Shown: positions 53,112 through 63,760, numbered from the whole stretch's first letter. The stretch: 63,998 nucleotides of DNA, filler included, from Octopus bimaculoides (GCF_001194135.2; 5 parts of 5 records of this genome joined end to end with filler, not necessarily neighbours in it), one strand, 5' to 3'. Notes: generated from the sequence alone by a model not told the origin. Translations and numbers: made by a program.

Positions 53112-53514
53112 NNNNNNNNNNNNNNNNNNNNNNNNNNNNNNNNNNNNNNNNNNNNAAATTTGAAATCAATAATGTATCTTTAATCTTATTGTTCTTTATA
53201 GATAAAATTTAGTTCCACTTATTCTATAGTGCTTCACGATAACCTGTCACTGATCCGTTTGTTCTAAAATTCACTGCTTTCTCAATACATTATTTCCACA
53301 CTCGCCATCCCTCCTTTATATAGTCTCTTAACACTATTTCTTTGTTTTATATTATAGATACGTACGTCTAAATTCCAAATCACATTCTTCACCTTTTAAC
53401 TACTCTTTGATAAATTTTATTGATTCAATTGATTTTGTGTGGGTTTATCATGCATTACTCGCTATGCGCTTTGTCTCCGTTATCTATTTTGTATGCTAAA
53501 TCTTACATATATAC

Positions 53515-53574
<60 letters not shown>

Positions 53575-53624
53575 NNNNNNNNNNNNNNNNNNNNNNNNNN
53601 NNATATATGTAGATAGATAGATAG

Positions 53625-53694
<70 letters not shown>

Positions 53695-53794
53695 TATAAA
53701 TTTGGCACTTATACCTTTTTAGATAATTCATTCATCTATTTTCAGTTCTTCAGTTATATTTTAGACAGTGCAATCAATTCCTTTGCATCATTTA

Positions 53795-53890
53795 TTTCGG
53801 CTTCTTACGATTTGAGTTCAAATCCCAGAAGGGTTGGCTTTGCATTTCATTCCTTTGCGGAGCCGTAAAATAGTGTACAAGTCGATGTAA
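53795..53890 (+). mobile_element. SINE family A internal fragment, degenerate
   Basis: tacgatttgagttcaaatccc..ggctttgcatttcattcctttg..gtcgatgtaat. Confidence 0.6.
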
Positions 53891-54004
53891 TTTGTGTAAT
53901 TTATTTAAACGTATAAACCAATGTAATTTATCAGGGTGCGTAGCCTATCTCTACCTTGGTTACCTAAGAACAGAATAGCCGAAACAAGAAATCGAACGAC
54001 CGAT

Positions 54005-54173
54005 ATTCTTTTCTACTCTAGGCACATGGCCCCAAATTTTTGGGGAGGGAGCCGGTAGATTGGATTGACCCCAGTACGCAACTGGTACTTAATTTATCGA
54101 CCCCGAAAGGATGAAAGGCAAAGTCGACCTCGGCGAAATCTGATTTCAGAACGTAAAAACAGACGAAATACCG
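54005..54173 (-). mobile_element. SINE family A (A1 tail), 3' part of a host copy split by an insertion
   Basis: Ends at ataccg and continues collinearly at 55756-55787, as judged against the intact copy at 58473-58620. Confidence 0.9.
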
Positions 54174-55755
54174 ATTTCTTTATTACCCATAAAGGGCTAC
54201 ACAAAGAATTTTTTTAAGACACCACAAAACAAAGACAGTACAAAACGCAAACATAAAATCGGGGTAATTAAAATAAAGTGATAATAAGCAAGAATGAAAA
54301 AAATGAGGCGCAATGTCCACTAGATCCCCGAAGTCGTGTGGTTACATTTATCCAGTTTTTCACTTTTACGTTCAACGCCATGTAAACATTTTAACGGTTT
54401 TGTAACTAAAAAAAATCCAAACACTCACGTTACCTTTCTTCCATTAATCATTGTTACGTCCGTCCTTAACAACTGCAAATAATTAGTTCTAGGGGGTGGT
54501 GCCTCCACCAACCATACCCCGTTTCGTTATTATATTTTCACCAAGTTCTTTAATGCACTCGAAGCATCTTTCCTCACGNNNNNNNNNNNNNNNNNNNNNN
54601 NNNNNNNNNNNNNNNNNNNNNNNNNNNNNNNNNNNNNNNNNNNNNNNNNNNNNNNNNNNNNNNNNNNNNNNNNNNNNNNNNNNNNNNNNNNNNNNNNNNN
54701 NNNNNNNNNNNNNNNNNNNNNNNNNNNNNNNNNNNNNNNNNNNNNNNNNNNNNNNNNNNNNNNNNNNNNNNNNNNNNNNNNNNNNNNNNNNNNNNNNNNN
54801 NNNNNNNNNNNNNNNNNNNNNNNNNNNNNNNNNNNNNNNNNNNNNNNNNNNNNNNNNNNNNNNNNNNNNNNNNNNNNNNNNNNNNNNNNNNNNNNNNNNN
54901 NNNNNNNNNNNNNNNNNNNNNNNNNNNNNNNNNNNNNNNNNNNNNNNNNNNNNNNNNNNNNNNNNNNNNNNNNNNNNNNNNNNNNNNNNNNNNNNNNNNN
55001 NNNNNNNNNNNNNNNNNNNNNNNNNNNNNNNNNNNNNNNNNNNNNNNNNNNNNNNNNNNNNNNNNNNNNNNNNNNNNNNNNNNNNNNNNNNNNNNNNNNN
55101 NNNNNNNNNNNNNNNNNNNNNNNNNNNNNNNNNNNNNNNNNNNNNNNNNNNNNNNNNNNNNNNNNNNNNNNNNNNNNNNNNNNNNNNNNNNNNNNNNNNN
55201 NNNNNNNNNNNNNNNNNNNNNNNNNNNNNNNNNNNNNNNNNNNNNNNNNNNNNNNNNNNNNNNNNNNNNNNNNNNNNNNNNNNNNNNNNNNNNNNNNNNN
55301 NNNNNNNNNNNNNNNNNNNNNNGTTGATGTACGTGACTTCATTGACAATTTCACCCAGGCACTCCTCGATTTCTTCTTCCGTCACCATTTCAATTTTACC
55401 GGTTTCGACAGCCTGTGTACGATACACTACTCTGTTCAGAATATTATTTTCTTTAGTCTCTTTTGGGGGGACACAATTTGTACGAGTCTCCCTCAACTTC
55501 TATCAAATTCCTGCTTCTGGTCACCTCCTCCATATCCAACTTGATTAACTTGGTTTCCAGCGGCACTGGCTTCCTCACCGCAGTGGCCTTGACGTAGCTC
55601 TCCATACTGGAAACACTACCACTTGCCATAGCTGGGAAAAATGCAGCAGCTCACGTGAAATACAACCGTAATAATTCCACATAAATCACAATTATTCACC
55701 GAGACAGTTTTCACAAAGCAACACAACAGTATTCACAATAATTCACAGAGCCGTT
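54174..55755 (-). mobile_element. TSD-bounded single-ORF (ORF1-only, HAL1-like) non-LTR element
   Basis: Perfect 6-bp TSD ATACCG at 54168-54173 and 55756-55761. On the minus strand: 126-nt 5' UTR, one ORF, ~310-nt 3' UTR ending gccctttatgggtaataaagaaat. Contains a 744-N internal gap. Confidence 0.75.
54489..55629 (-). pseudogene. ORF1/gag-like reading frame of the element above (at least one frameshift; middle in the gap)
   Basis: ATG at 55629 gives MASGSVSSMESYVKATAVRKPVPLETKLIKLDMEEVTRSRNLIEVEGDSYKLCPP. After a frameshift at C6A4: KETKENNILNRVVYRTQAVETGKIEMVTEEEIEECLGEIVNEVTYIN-gap-..KELGENIITKRGMVGGGTTP*. About 380 codons if the gap size is right. Confidence 0.6.
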
Positions 55756-55787
55756 ATACCGCGAAGCAATTCGACCGGCGTGCTAAC
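55756..55787 (-). mobile_element. SINE family A head piece of the split host copy
   Basis: ataccgcgaagcaattcgaccggcgtgctaac is the continuation of 54005-54173. Confidence 0.85.
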
Positions 55788-55856
55788 ATTTATCTCTTTA
55801 TGGCCCTCAAGGGGCTACAAACAAGGACAGACAAACGGATTAAGTCGATTAAGTCA
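55788..55856 (-). mobile_element. Isolated SINE A2-type 3' tail
   Basis: tctttatggccctcaaggggcta-caaacaaggacagacaaacggattaagtcgatt matches 58358-58425. Confidence 0.75.
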
Positions 55857-55957
55857 CTACGCAACTTCGCCTGCGTCGACAATTTTTCATATATTTATCT
55901 TTGCAAAGGACAACGACAATAAGCCATTTCTTAGGAACATAATATATTTCATTGTTC

Positions 55958-56172
55958 AAGGCAGTGAGCTGGCAGATTCGTTAGCAGGCCGGACAAAGTG
56001 CTTAGCGTCACTTAGTTCGTCTTTGTGTTCTGAGTTCAGATTCCGCAGAGGTCCACTTTGCCCCTCAGGCTTTCGGAGTCGCTAAAATAAGCACTAGTTG
56101 CGTACTGGGGTCGATCTAATCGACTTAACTACTCCGTTGTAATTGCAGACCTTGTGCCAGAATCTGAAATCA
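55958..56172 (+). mobile_element. SINE family A, full length (A1 tail)
   Basis: aaggcagtgagctggcagattcgttagc (A-box), ctgagttcagattcc (B-box), tail ccttgtgccagaatctgaaatc. Confidence 0.9.
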
Positions 56173-56611
56173 CTATATTTTATTACACTGTTTTAATACA
56201 TTCCCATACAAAGATTCACAAGAATGCATTCATAGTTACGTATGTACATTCATAAGTTGCAGGTGTATATATATATACATAAGCTATAATGACCATAGAG
56301 AAGAAAAATAAGATGATTAAACGGTAATGGGAATAAACCAAGGTAATTCAATTCTTTCTATCTTTACATAACTGTCAGTAATAGCATGGTGACGTCTATT
56401 ACGTATTTATGGACAAGGAATTTTAAGTATCACATCTGCTTAGGACAGATAATTAATCTAATTAAACTGATCAAAGGGTTACTGTAATTAATTACTGTCT
56501 TCTGGGGATGTGACACTTACAATACGAAAACGTATAATAAGCATCAATAAGTTATTTGTGAATCACAAGACAAGAATGGCCAGCTTGGGCCAAAATTTGA
56601 AATCAAGAAAT

Positions 56612-56785
56612 GCAGCGCGCTGGCGGAATTGGTAGCGCTCCGGCCAAAATGCTAAGCGGCATTTCATTCGTTTTCCCATTGAGTTCAAATTTCACCAGAG
56701 CCCACTTTAAGTTTCATACATTCGGGGTCAATATAATCGAAAATTGGATCCAATATAGTCGACTTGACTACATAAACTCTCAATT
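56612..56785 (+). mobile_element. SINE family A, degenerate
   Basis: gctggcggaattggtagcgctccggccaaaatgctaagcggcatttc..gagttcaaattt. Confidence 0.8.
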
Positions 56786-56835
56786 CGTTGTTCAACCTTC
56801 GGTTTCGAACCTTGGAATGTCGAAAGTTGGATTTC

Positions 56836-57250
56836 GATGTGACACAGAAACCATTTTAACTGACAAGCAAAAAACTCTGGCGAATACCTGGAGCATAGAA
56901 TAATTTCACAAATGCCTAACACAAACCACGAAGTGAATAAATTAAATAGGCAATCACAGATTCCAGAATACAATTGAACATTATCTCAAAAAAAAACTGT
57001 AACCAAAACTGGGTGTACAATTATCTCACACAACCTGCCACAAATGTAGGATTCAAACTTCACATGAATATTACAACATAACTTACGAAATTTTTGTACT
57101 CACCCAGATGTGACACAAATTATTTTAGAACTGACAGGCAAAAAGTTCTGGCGAATTCTTGGAGCATAAAATAATCCACAAATGCCTAACACAAAGCACA
57201 AAGTGCTTACACTAGAACAGGCAATCACCGCTTCTAGTATCCAATAGAAC
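56836..57250. repeat. Diverged direct repeat, ~144-bp aligned unit at 271-bp spacing
   Basis: 56836-56979 and 57107-57250 share gatgtgacaca..aactgaca.gcaaaaa..ctggcgaat..tggagcata..ataat..cacaaatgcctaacacaaa..ggcaatcac. Confidence 0.8.
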
Positions 57251-57288
57251 AAAACTCTCCTGCGCGGAAGGAGGGGTGNNNNNNNNNN

Positions 57289-57312
57289 CGGGTTCGATAC
57301 CCGGCATCTCCA
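57289..57312 (+). tRNA. 3' third of a tRNA-Ala-like sequence (T arm plus acceptor strand); remainder hidden by a 10-N gap
   Basis: CGGG-TTCGATA-CCCG-G-CATCTCC-A. The T loop and 3' acceptor strand with U70 and discriminator A73 are as in eukaryotic tRNA-Ala. No T4 terminator immediately downstream. Confidence 0.45.
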
Positions 57313-57327
57313 TCATTTATAATTTCG

Positions 57328-57372
<45 letters not shown>

Positions 57373-57394
57373 CATACATACATACACATGCATA

Positions 57395-57731
57395 TATAAT
57401 AGATACAATAGAAAGATTCAAATCAGGCAGACTACGATTAACACATACATATAGGGTTTAGTTAGGATAAAATAAGAATTGTCCAATCTGAAACATACAT
57501 TGATATATTAGAAATATAAAAATATAGAAAGATAAAAACAGAATACACTATTCTTATTATATTTACATATCTATATATCTATGTATATTTTTAGTATTCA
57601 TATATTTTTATATTTCTATATTTTTATATTTTTCAGTTTGGACACTTCTCATTTTATCCTAATTAAACCCGTAGATGTATGTATTAATCGTAGTCTGCCT
57701 GATTTGAACCTTTTCTATTGTATCTATTATA
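57395..57731. mobile_element. MITE with ~100-bp terminal inverted repeats and TA ends
   Basis: tataatagatacaatagaaagattcaaatcaggcagactacgattaa...gtccaatctgaaa (57395-57493) is close to the reverse complement of 57631-57731. The core is AT-rich. Confidence 0.85.
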
Positions 57732-57789
57732 CTTGTCTAGCGCCTCAGGTTCGACTTGAGCACTTCTATGCTATATTTTTCGAAAGAAA

Positions 57790-58085
57790 ATTATAATTAT
57801 ATACGTATATATATATATGTATGTATGTATATATATACGTATAAATACATACATACATATATGATATAAATAATATATAAATATATGCATATATCCATAC
57901 ATATATATATACATACATACACATATATGTATATATGCATGCATATATGGGTACAGGACATTAAAAAAAAACGTTGAACACAATGGAAACCGAAAACATA
58001 AAAACAAAAACATAGAAAACGAACTTTTTTTCGAACAACGAAAAAAACAGAGAAACGAAACATGCAACATAAAGAGTATACTCCT
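57790..58085 (-). repeat. Unclassified interspersed repeat (family P), copy 2
   Basis: tgcatatatgggtacaggaca (57940-57960) and the adjacent sequence match 24320-24437 in reverse. Confidence 0.55.
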
Positions 58086-58325
58086 GTATATATCTACGTA
58101 TGTGTGTATGTATGTATAAATTACCTTTACAATTTGGAGAGTTCAGAAAATAACTTAAATATAAGCGTAAGTCAGTAAAGTTAGTTGGCGAACAATTAAA
58201 GTTTAATTGGAAACATCCGAACACTTCCAGTTGTGTTGCATTGGTTGCAGGCAACATATCGAGACGATACAATGTAATGGTATATTGACAGGTAGTTGTA
58301 AAGATAATTTATGAACAAACTGTAT

Positions 58326-58770
58326 GTACGACGGGATTCTTTCAGTTCTCTATTTCTTTATTTCTTTATTGCCCACAAGGGGCTAAACATAGAGGGGACA
58401 AACAAGGACAGACAAAGGGATTTATATTGATTTGAATATCGTTGAATAAACTGATGTCTATATGTCAATATAGTGCGTAACTGGTACTTAATTTATCGAC
58501 CCCGAAATGATGAAAGGCAAAGTCGATTTCGGCGGAATTTGAACTCAGAACGTAACGGCAGACGAAATCCCGCTAAGTATTTCGCCCGGCGTGCTAACGT
58601 TTCTGCCAGCTCGCTGCCTTTCATTTCCCGTCAACCAAATCCCCTCACAAGGGCTTTTTGGTCGGCCCGGTGTCAGTAGAAAACACTTGTCTAAGATACA
58701 ACAATGTGAAACCGAATACTCTGAACCATGTAGTTTTGGAAACGAACTTCTTACCACACAGTCACGCCAG
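58326..58770 (-). mobile_element. SINE family B head, split by a SINE A2 insertion
   Basis: cgacgggattctttcagtt | insertion | ttcccgtcaaccaaat..cttcttaccacacagtcacgcc is collinear with 61072-61232. Confidence 0.8.
58351..58620 (-). mobile_element. SINE family A, full length, A2 tail
   Basis: Head aaggcagcgagctggcagaaacgttagc, B-box gagttcaaattcc, tail tttagccccttgtgggcaataaagaaataaagaaata. Flanked by ctttcagttc / ctttcatttc. Confidence 0.9.
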
Positions 58771-59802
58771 CATAAAATCATGCATTAATACTTCCATGCA
58801 GTTTCAACTCGATCAACTCACACATACATATGCACTCACTAAATGTGCATCTGGTACAAAAAAAAAGAATCAATATTTTTAATTAAAAAGTGTTGAATGT
58901 TTCTAGTAAATTGCTTTTCATGCATGTAATAAAGTAGATCTAACATACTGGCTTCATCTTAGATACGTAAAATGACTTGACAACTGACAGATTTAAGTTA
59001 ATTTCTTCATTGAAATTTCATTATTTTTGTAGATTTAAATATGCAATTTTATATACAACTATGGCAGATTTCAAATAAAATATAAAGAAAATCTGGGATT
59101 ATGGATGTTATTAATTTGTGCGTTCTTGTCTTCAAAGTTCAAAATCTCACACAATGCCAAAATCGAAATTCTATAAGACTTCTAATATGAAACTATAAAA
59201 ATTTATTTAAAAATCCGTTTTCTTTTTATTGTAAATACCTGCAATATTAAAAGCAATTTTACATACACACACATACACACAAACACATACACACAAACAC
59301 ACACACACATATGCATGCATGTGTGCGTGTATGTATGTATGTATGTAGATTTGCATGTATGTGTGCGTATATAAGTGTGTGTGTGTTTGTGTGTAAATAT
59401 AAACGTCATACACACATTCACACACATATACATAACTGCTTTCAACACACGTCATATATATGTAGATATATACACATGTGTGTGTGTATGAATGCGTTTG
59501 TGTGTGTATGTGTGTGGGCACACACATAGACATATACCTATCTAAATATACATGCACAGAGAAACATATTTACAGATACATGTATAGGCGTACAGACGTT
59601 TCACTTTCTCATAGCATATGATCAACAGCTGCACAAAACTGTTATTAATATACTTCAATAACACCAGAATGGCTTTTTATTAAAACAATGTACTATTGTT
59701 CGTAATAAGTATTACCCAGGTATAGAAAAAAAGTCTGTTATTACTTGCATCCATCCATCCATACATACATACATACATACATACATACATACATACATAC
59801 AT

Positions 59803-60060
59803 TTCGCACAGGCAATAAAAGTATGTACTGCCATAGAGGTCAGCTGTCCTGCTGATGTGAACAGCACTTTGAAAATCAAAAATATAATAACTACAGACAA
59901 TTGCTTCGAAAACTATAGCGTCTATATTCAGATCAGAAATTTACTTTTGTACCAATAATAATTTGTGCACTTAGCTTTGTGAGGGAATGCCTAAGTGACA
60001 GTCTGGATAAGTTAAGACTTTCTGATAAAGAAATCAATCTTCTTTGAGTAAATGCAAAGA
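59803..60060 (+). mobile_element. 3' fragment (restriction-like endonuclease) of the same R4/Dong-like family as 8851-10790
   Basis: KVCTAIEVSCPADVN..KIK..QLLR..YSD..PIII; DNA is collinear with the reverse complement of ~9010-9280. Confidence 0.85.
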
Positions 60061-60810
60061 AACGACCTTTTCTGAATACATCGTAGCAGTAATCAAACAG
60101 TTTAAAATAAAATCCACGTAGAAAAATTACTATACATACATCATGAGGACGACAGAATACGCAGTCAGCTATCGCAGATCGTGGGGCAATCGAGTAAAAT
60201 TCCAGTGGATTGCTGAACTAAACAAAGACCAATATCGGTTCCACAGGAAGGCCTAGGAAGATCCCTCGACAGCTTTCTATTAAAACCATAGGGGGAACAA
60301 CTTCACCACGACGATTCCTACTACTACTACTACTATTGTTATTATCATTACTGCTGCTGGTTATTCGACGGCTACAAACACTCCTAGAAATCTTGACCAC
60401 TGTTTAATTCACAAAAACAGATAGTAGTAATTTACTATCACAGCGAGTTGGAATTACTATGGCTTCAGATCGTAACGAAAGGACCACGTGCGCATGCAAG
60501 AAATAACAGTAAACTATGAATGTCATTCTTAATTTTAATTTCAATTTTATTCTATTAATAGCCTTCTTCTCTTCTCACATATTTTATACTCATTGTTGAT
60601 AAGGTTTTTTAAAAAAACTGAAACATTGTAAATTAATTAAAACACCCAAAAAATGATTTAAAATAGTAGCATTTTCATTTTTATTTATCTTTAATATCTA
60701 CTTACTCGTGTGGTACTTTTACAAATCTTTTCAAATATATGTATGCCCTATTTATAATCATATTTATAATCGTTTGTTCAGTCTGCGGTGAAACGGTTAA
60801 AATTTGCCCG

Positions 60811-61028
60811 TTTTTATTCTTCTACTCATTTATTTGTTTCAGTTATTTGACTGCGGCCGTACTGGAGCACATCCTTTAGTCGAACAAATGGACTCCAGCA
60901 CTTATTCTTTGTATGCCTAGTACTTATTCTATCGTTCTCCTTTGCAGAACCATTAAGTTACGGGGACGTAAAACAACAACGTCGGTTGTCAAGCGATGAT
61001 GGGGAGACCAACGCAGACACACCGACAT

Positions 61029-61075
<47 letters not shown>

Positions 61076-61232
61076 ACAGGCTTGTTTCAGTTTCTGTCTC
61101 ACCACTCAAAAGGCTGTGGTCTGCTCGAGGCTATAGTAGAAGACACTTGCCCAAGATGCAACGCAGTGGTACTGAACCCGGAACCATGTGGTTGGTAGGC
61201 AGGCTACTTACCACACAGCCACTCCTGCGCCT
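60811..61232 (-). mobile_element. SINE family B, essentially full length, with internal (TA)/(TATG) tract
   Basis: Head aggcgcaggagtggctgtgtggtaagtagc (A-box), ccgggttcagtacc (B-box), central cttgggcaagtgtcttctactatagcctc, and a 3' part matching 30340-30502. Confidence 0.9.
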
Positions 61233-61287
61233 ACCATATGTTACACTTACACAATATATCTATGGACAGACAGACAGACAGACAGAC

Positions 61288-61371
<84 letters not shown>

Positions 61372-61955
61372 GAAAATGTGCAAAAACATTACGAGAATGA
61401 TTGTAGTCTTTTAAGAAAAATTATATATTTATTTAGCTCTTTCATAGTTTTAAGGATTCATCATGTACAAGTTGTTTTATAGAAAATTTATGCCTTTTAT
61501 GTGAGCTATTTGAAAAATATGGAGTTGAATTTGTTTTCTAGGGTTTTAGAAAAAGGATGATTTGGGAGTGAAATCTTGTGATGTTCTTTGTTATTTTGAA
61601 TCTATACGAACGGGTATGTTTGTGTATATATGTGTACGTACGTATATGTGTGTAATTATGTGTGTGAGGTGAGGTTTTAAACAAAGCATATATGAAAGGT
61701 TTTTGGAGGTTTGGTTAAAGAAAGAAAGAAAGAAAGAAAGAAGGAAAGAAAGAAAGAAGGAAGGAAAGAAAGAAAGAGTGTTTTTTCTGGAATCATTCAA
61801 ATCGATGACAAATCAATGAATAATGTCAATCTTTTTAATCAATTGCGATAAGTTTCTTTTATTCAGTGAATGACTGACTGGATTTTGTTGTCCAGCTGTA
61901 GAAAAAAGAATCTATGAAACTGTTTTAGAGAGCTTTTAAATGTGTGCGTGTGCGT

Positions 61956-61989
<34 letters not shown>

Positions 61990-62726
61990 TGATTGTTTAA
62001 ATTTTTCCAGTTATTTTAGTAACATTAATGACAAAATTAATAATGATATCTAGAGAGAATCTGGGTTGGCTCATCTGAGAAAGTAACTTTGTGTGACGTA
62101 ACTCTAATTTTTTTTATATTTTCTTTCCCGGGTTCTTTTTCACCTTTCCACTTTTTGCATCAATGTTCTTCTCGTTTTTTTTTTTTCTCGTGGTTTCTCA
62201 TGTACCAGCGTCTTGATACTCAAATAAAACAGACCATCAATTCAGAGCCCGGAGAAAGTTTGGAGTCACAAGGCATGTTGTAAAGACCTGCCTAGACACG
62301 TGTCTTCACATGAAGACACTGTTTAGTAGCTCGTATCTTTATATTGTGTACAAGAAATGATATTTATCTCTGACTGGAATGAGTACTCTTTCGTTGCTGG
62401 AACATTAAACTATACATATGTATATGTATATGCATATCTATATAGAGAGAGATATGTATATATGTGTGCGTGTCTGTATGGCTCTGTGTATGTATGTGTG
62501 TGCGTGTATATGTATGTGCATATATGTATGTGTGTATATATGTATATATCTATATACGCATATACATACACACACACGTACACACCCATACACATACATA
62601 TATATGTAATATGCTTGTGTGTGTCTGTGTGTATGTTTATGTGTATTGAAACATTTATGCATGTGTATCTATATATTTAAATATATATATATATACATAT
62701 AAATATGCATATACACGCACACACAC

Positions 62727-62785
<59 letters not shown>

Positions 62786-62981
62786 NNNNNNNNNNNNNNN
62801 NNNNNNNNNNNNNNNNNNNNNNNNNNNNNNNNNNNNNNNNNNNNNNNNNNNNNNNNNNNNNNNNNNNNNNNNNNNNNNNNNNNNNNNNNNNNNNNNNNNN
62901 NNNNNNNNNNNNNATATATATACATATATATATGTATATAGTATGCGTATGTGTGTACATATATATATATGCATATACATG

Positions 62982-63037
<56 letters not shown>

Positions 63038-63235
63038 ATATGTTTTAATATAATAATATAATGTAATATGATATAATATACACACATACACCTGCATATA
63101 CGATAAAAGTGATTGTATGCCTGCGGTAACTAAGATTCGTAACTGATATATTCCCGTCTGAATTTGAATAGCTGTCGTCTGCATTTGATTAATGATTTTA
63201 GTCTTATATCTCTTGATGAATACCACAAAATTTTC

Positions 63236-63760
63236 TTAACTCTTTTTATTCAATATCAAAAGGTCAGGTAGAAGACATGCTTTATGTGCAGAAATAATAT
63301 TGAAACTAGAATAGATATTAAATATATCCACTCTTTTAAATTTAATATTAGAAAATGCTCAGAGACGCAGTGAGGAAGATGTGTTAGATAATGTGTCAGA
63401 GTGGGATGAACAGAGAGAGAGTGAGAGCAAGGAGTGATTCAGAGTGTGAGGGAGAAAGAGAGTGAGAGAGGTGTAGAGAGAATAAAGGGACATCATCAAT
63501 GTGCGAACAAGTGATCCAGAAGGGTGTGTTAGTGTGAGAGCAAAAGATAGATACGTGATATTGATGAGAAAAAGAGAAACAGAGATGAAAAGGGAGATAT
63601 TTACGATACGGAGGAATGACATTTGTGAGGAACAAATTCAGAGAGGTTGAAGTTATTGAAAGAGAGTCAGGCAAAAGCAGAAATTTCAAGAAAAATATAT
63701 AAGTGGAATATTTACGATTAAACACGCCGGCAGAGTGTTACTTTGGAGACGAAATTACCA
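63236..63760 (+). mobile_element. Possible decayed piggyBac-like 5' remnant
   Basis: TTAA followed by ctcttt (piggyBac ends start CCCTTT), then an acidic peptide RRSEEDVLDNVSEWDEQRESES and CVSVRAKD. No DDD catalytic region visible. Confidence 0.2.

Noticed and set aside
58220-58260. ETS/CCAAT/X-box-like cluster suggesting a promoter
   Set aside because: The motifs are imperfect, lie among repeats, and have no associated gene start.
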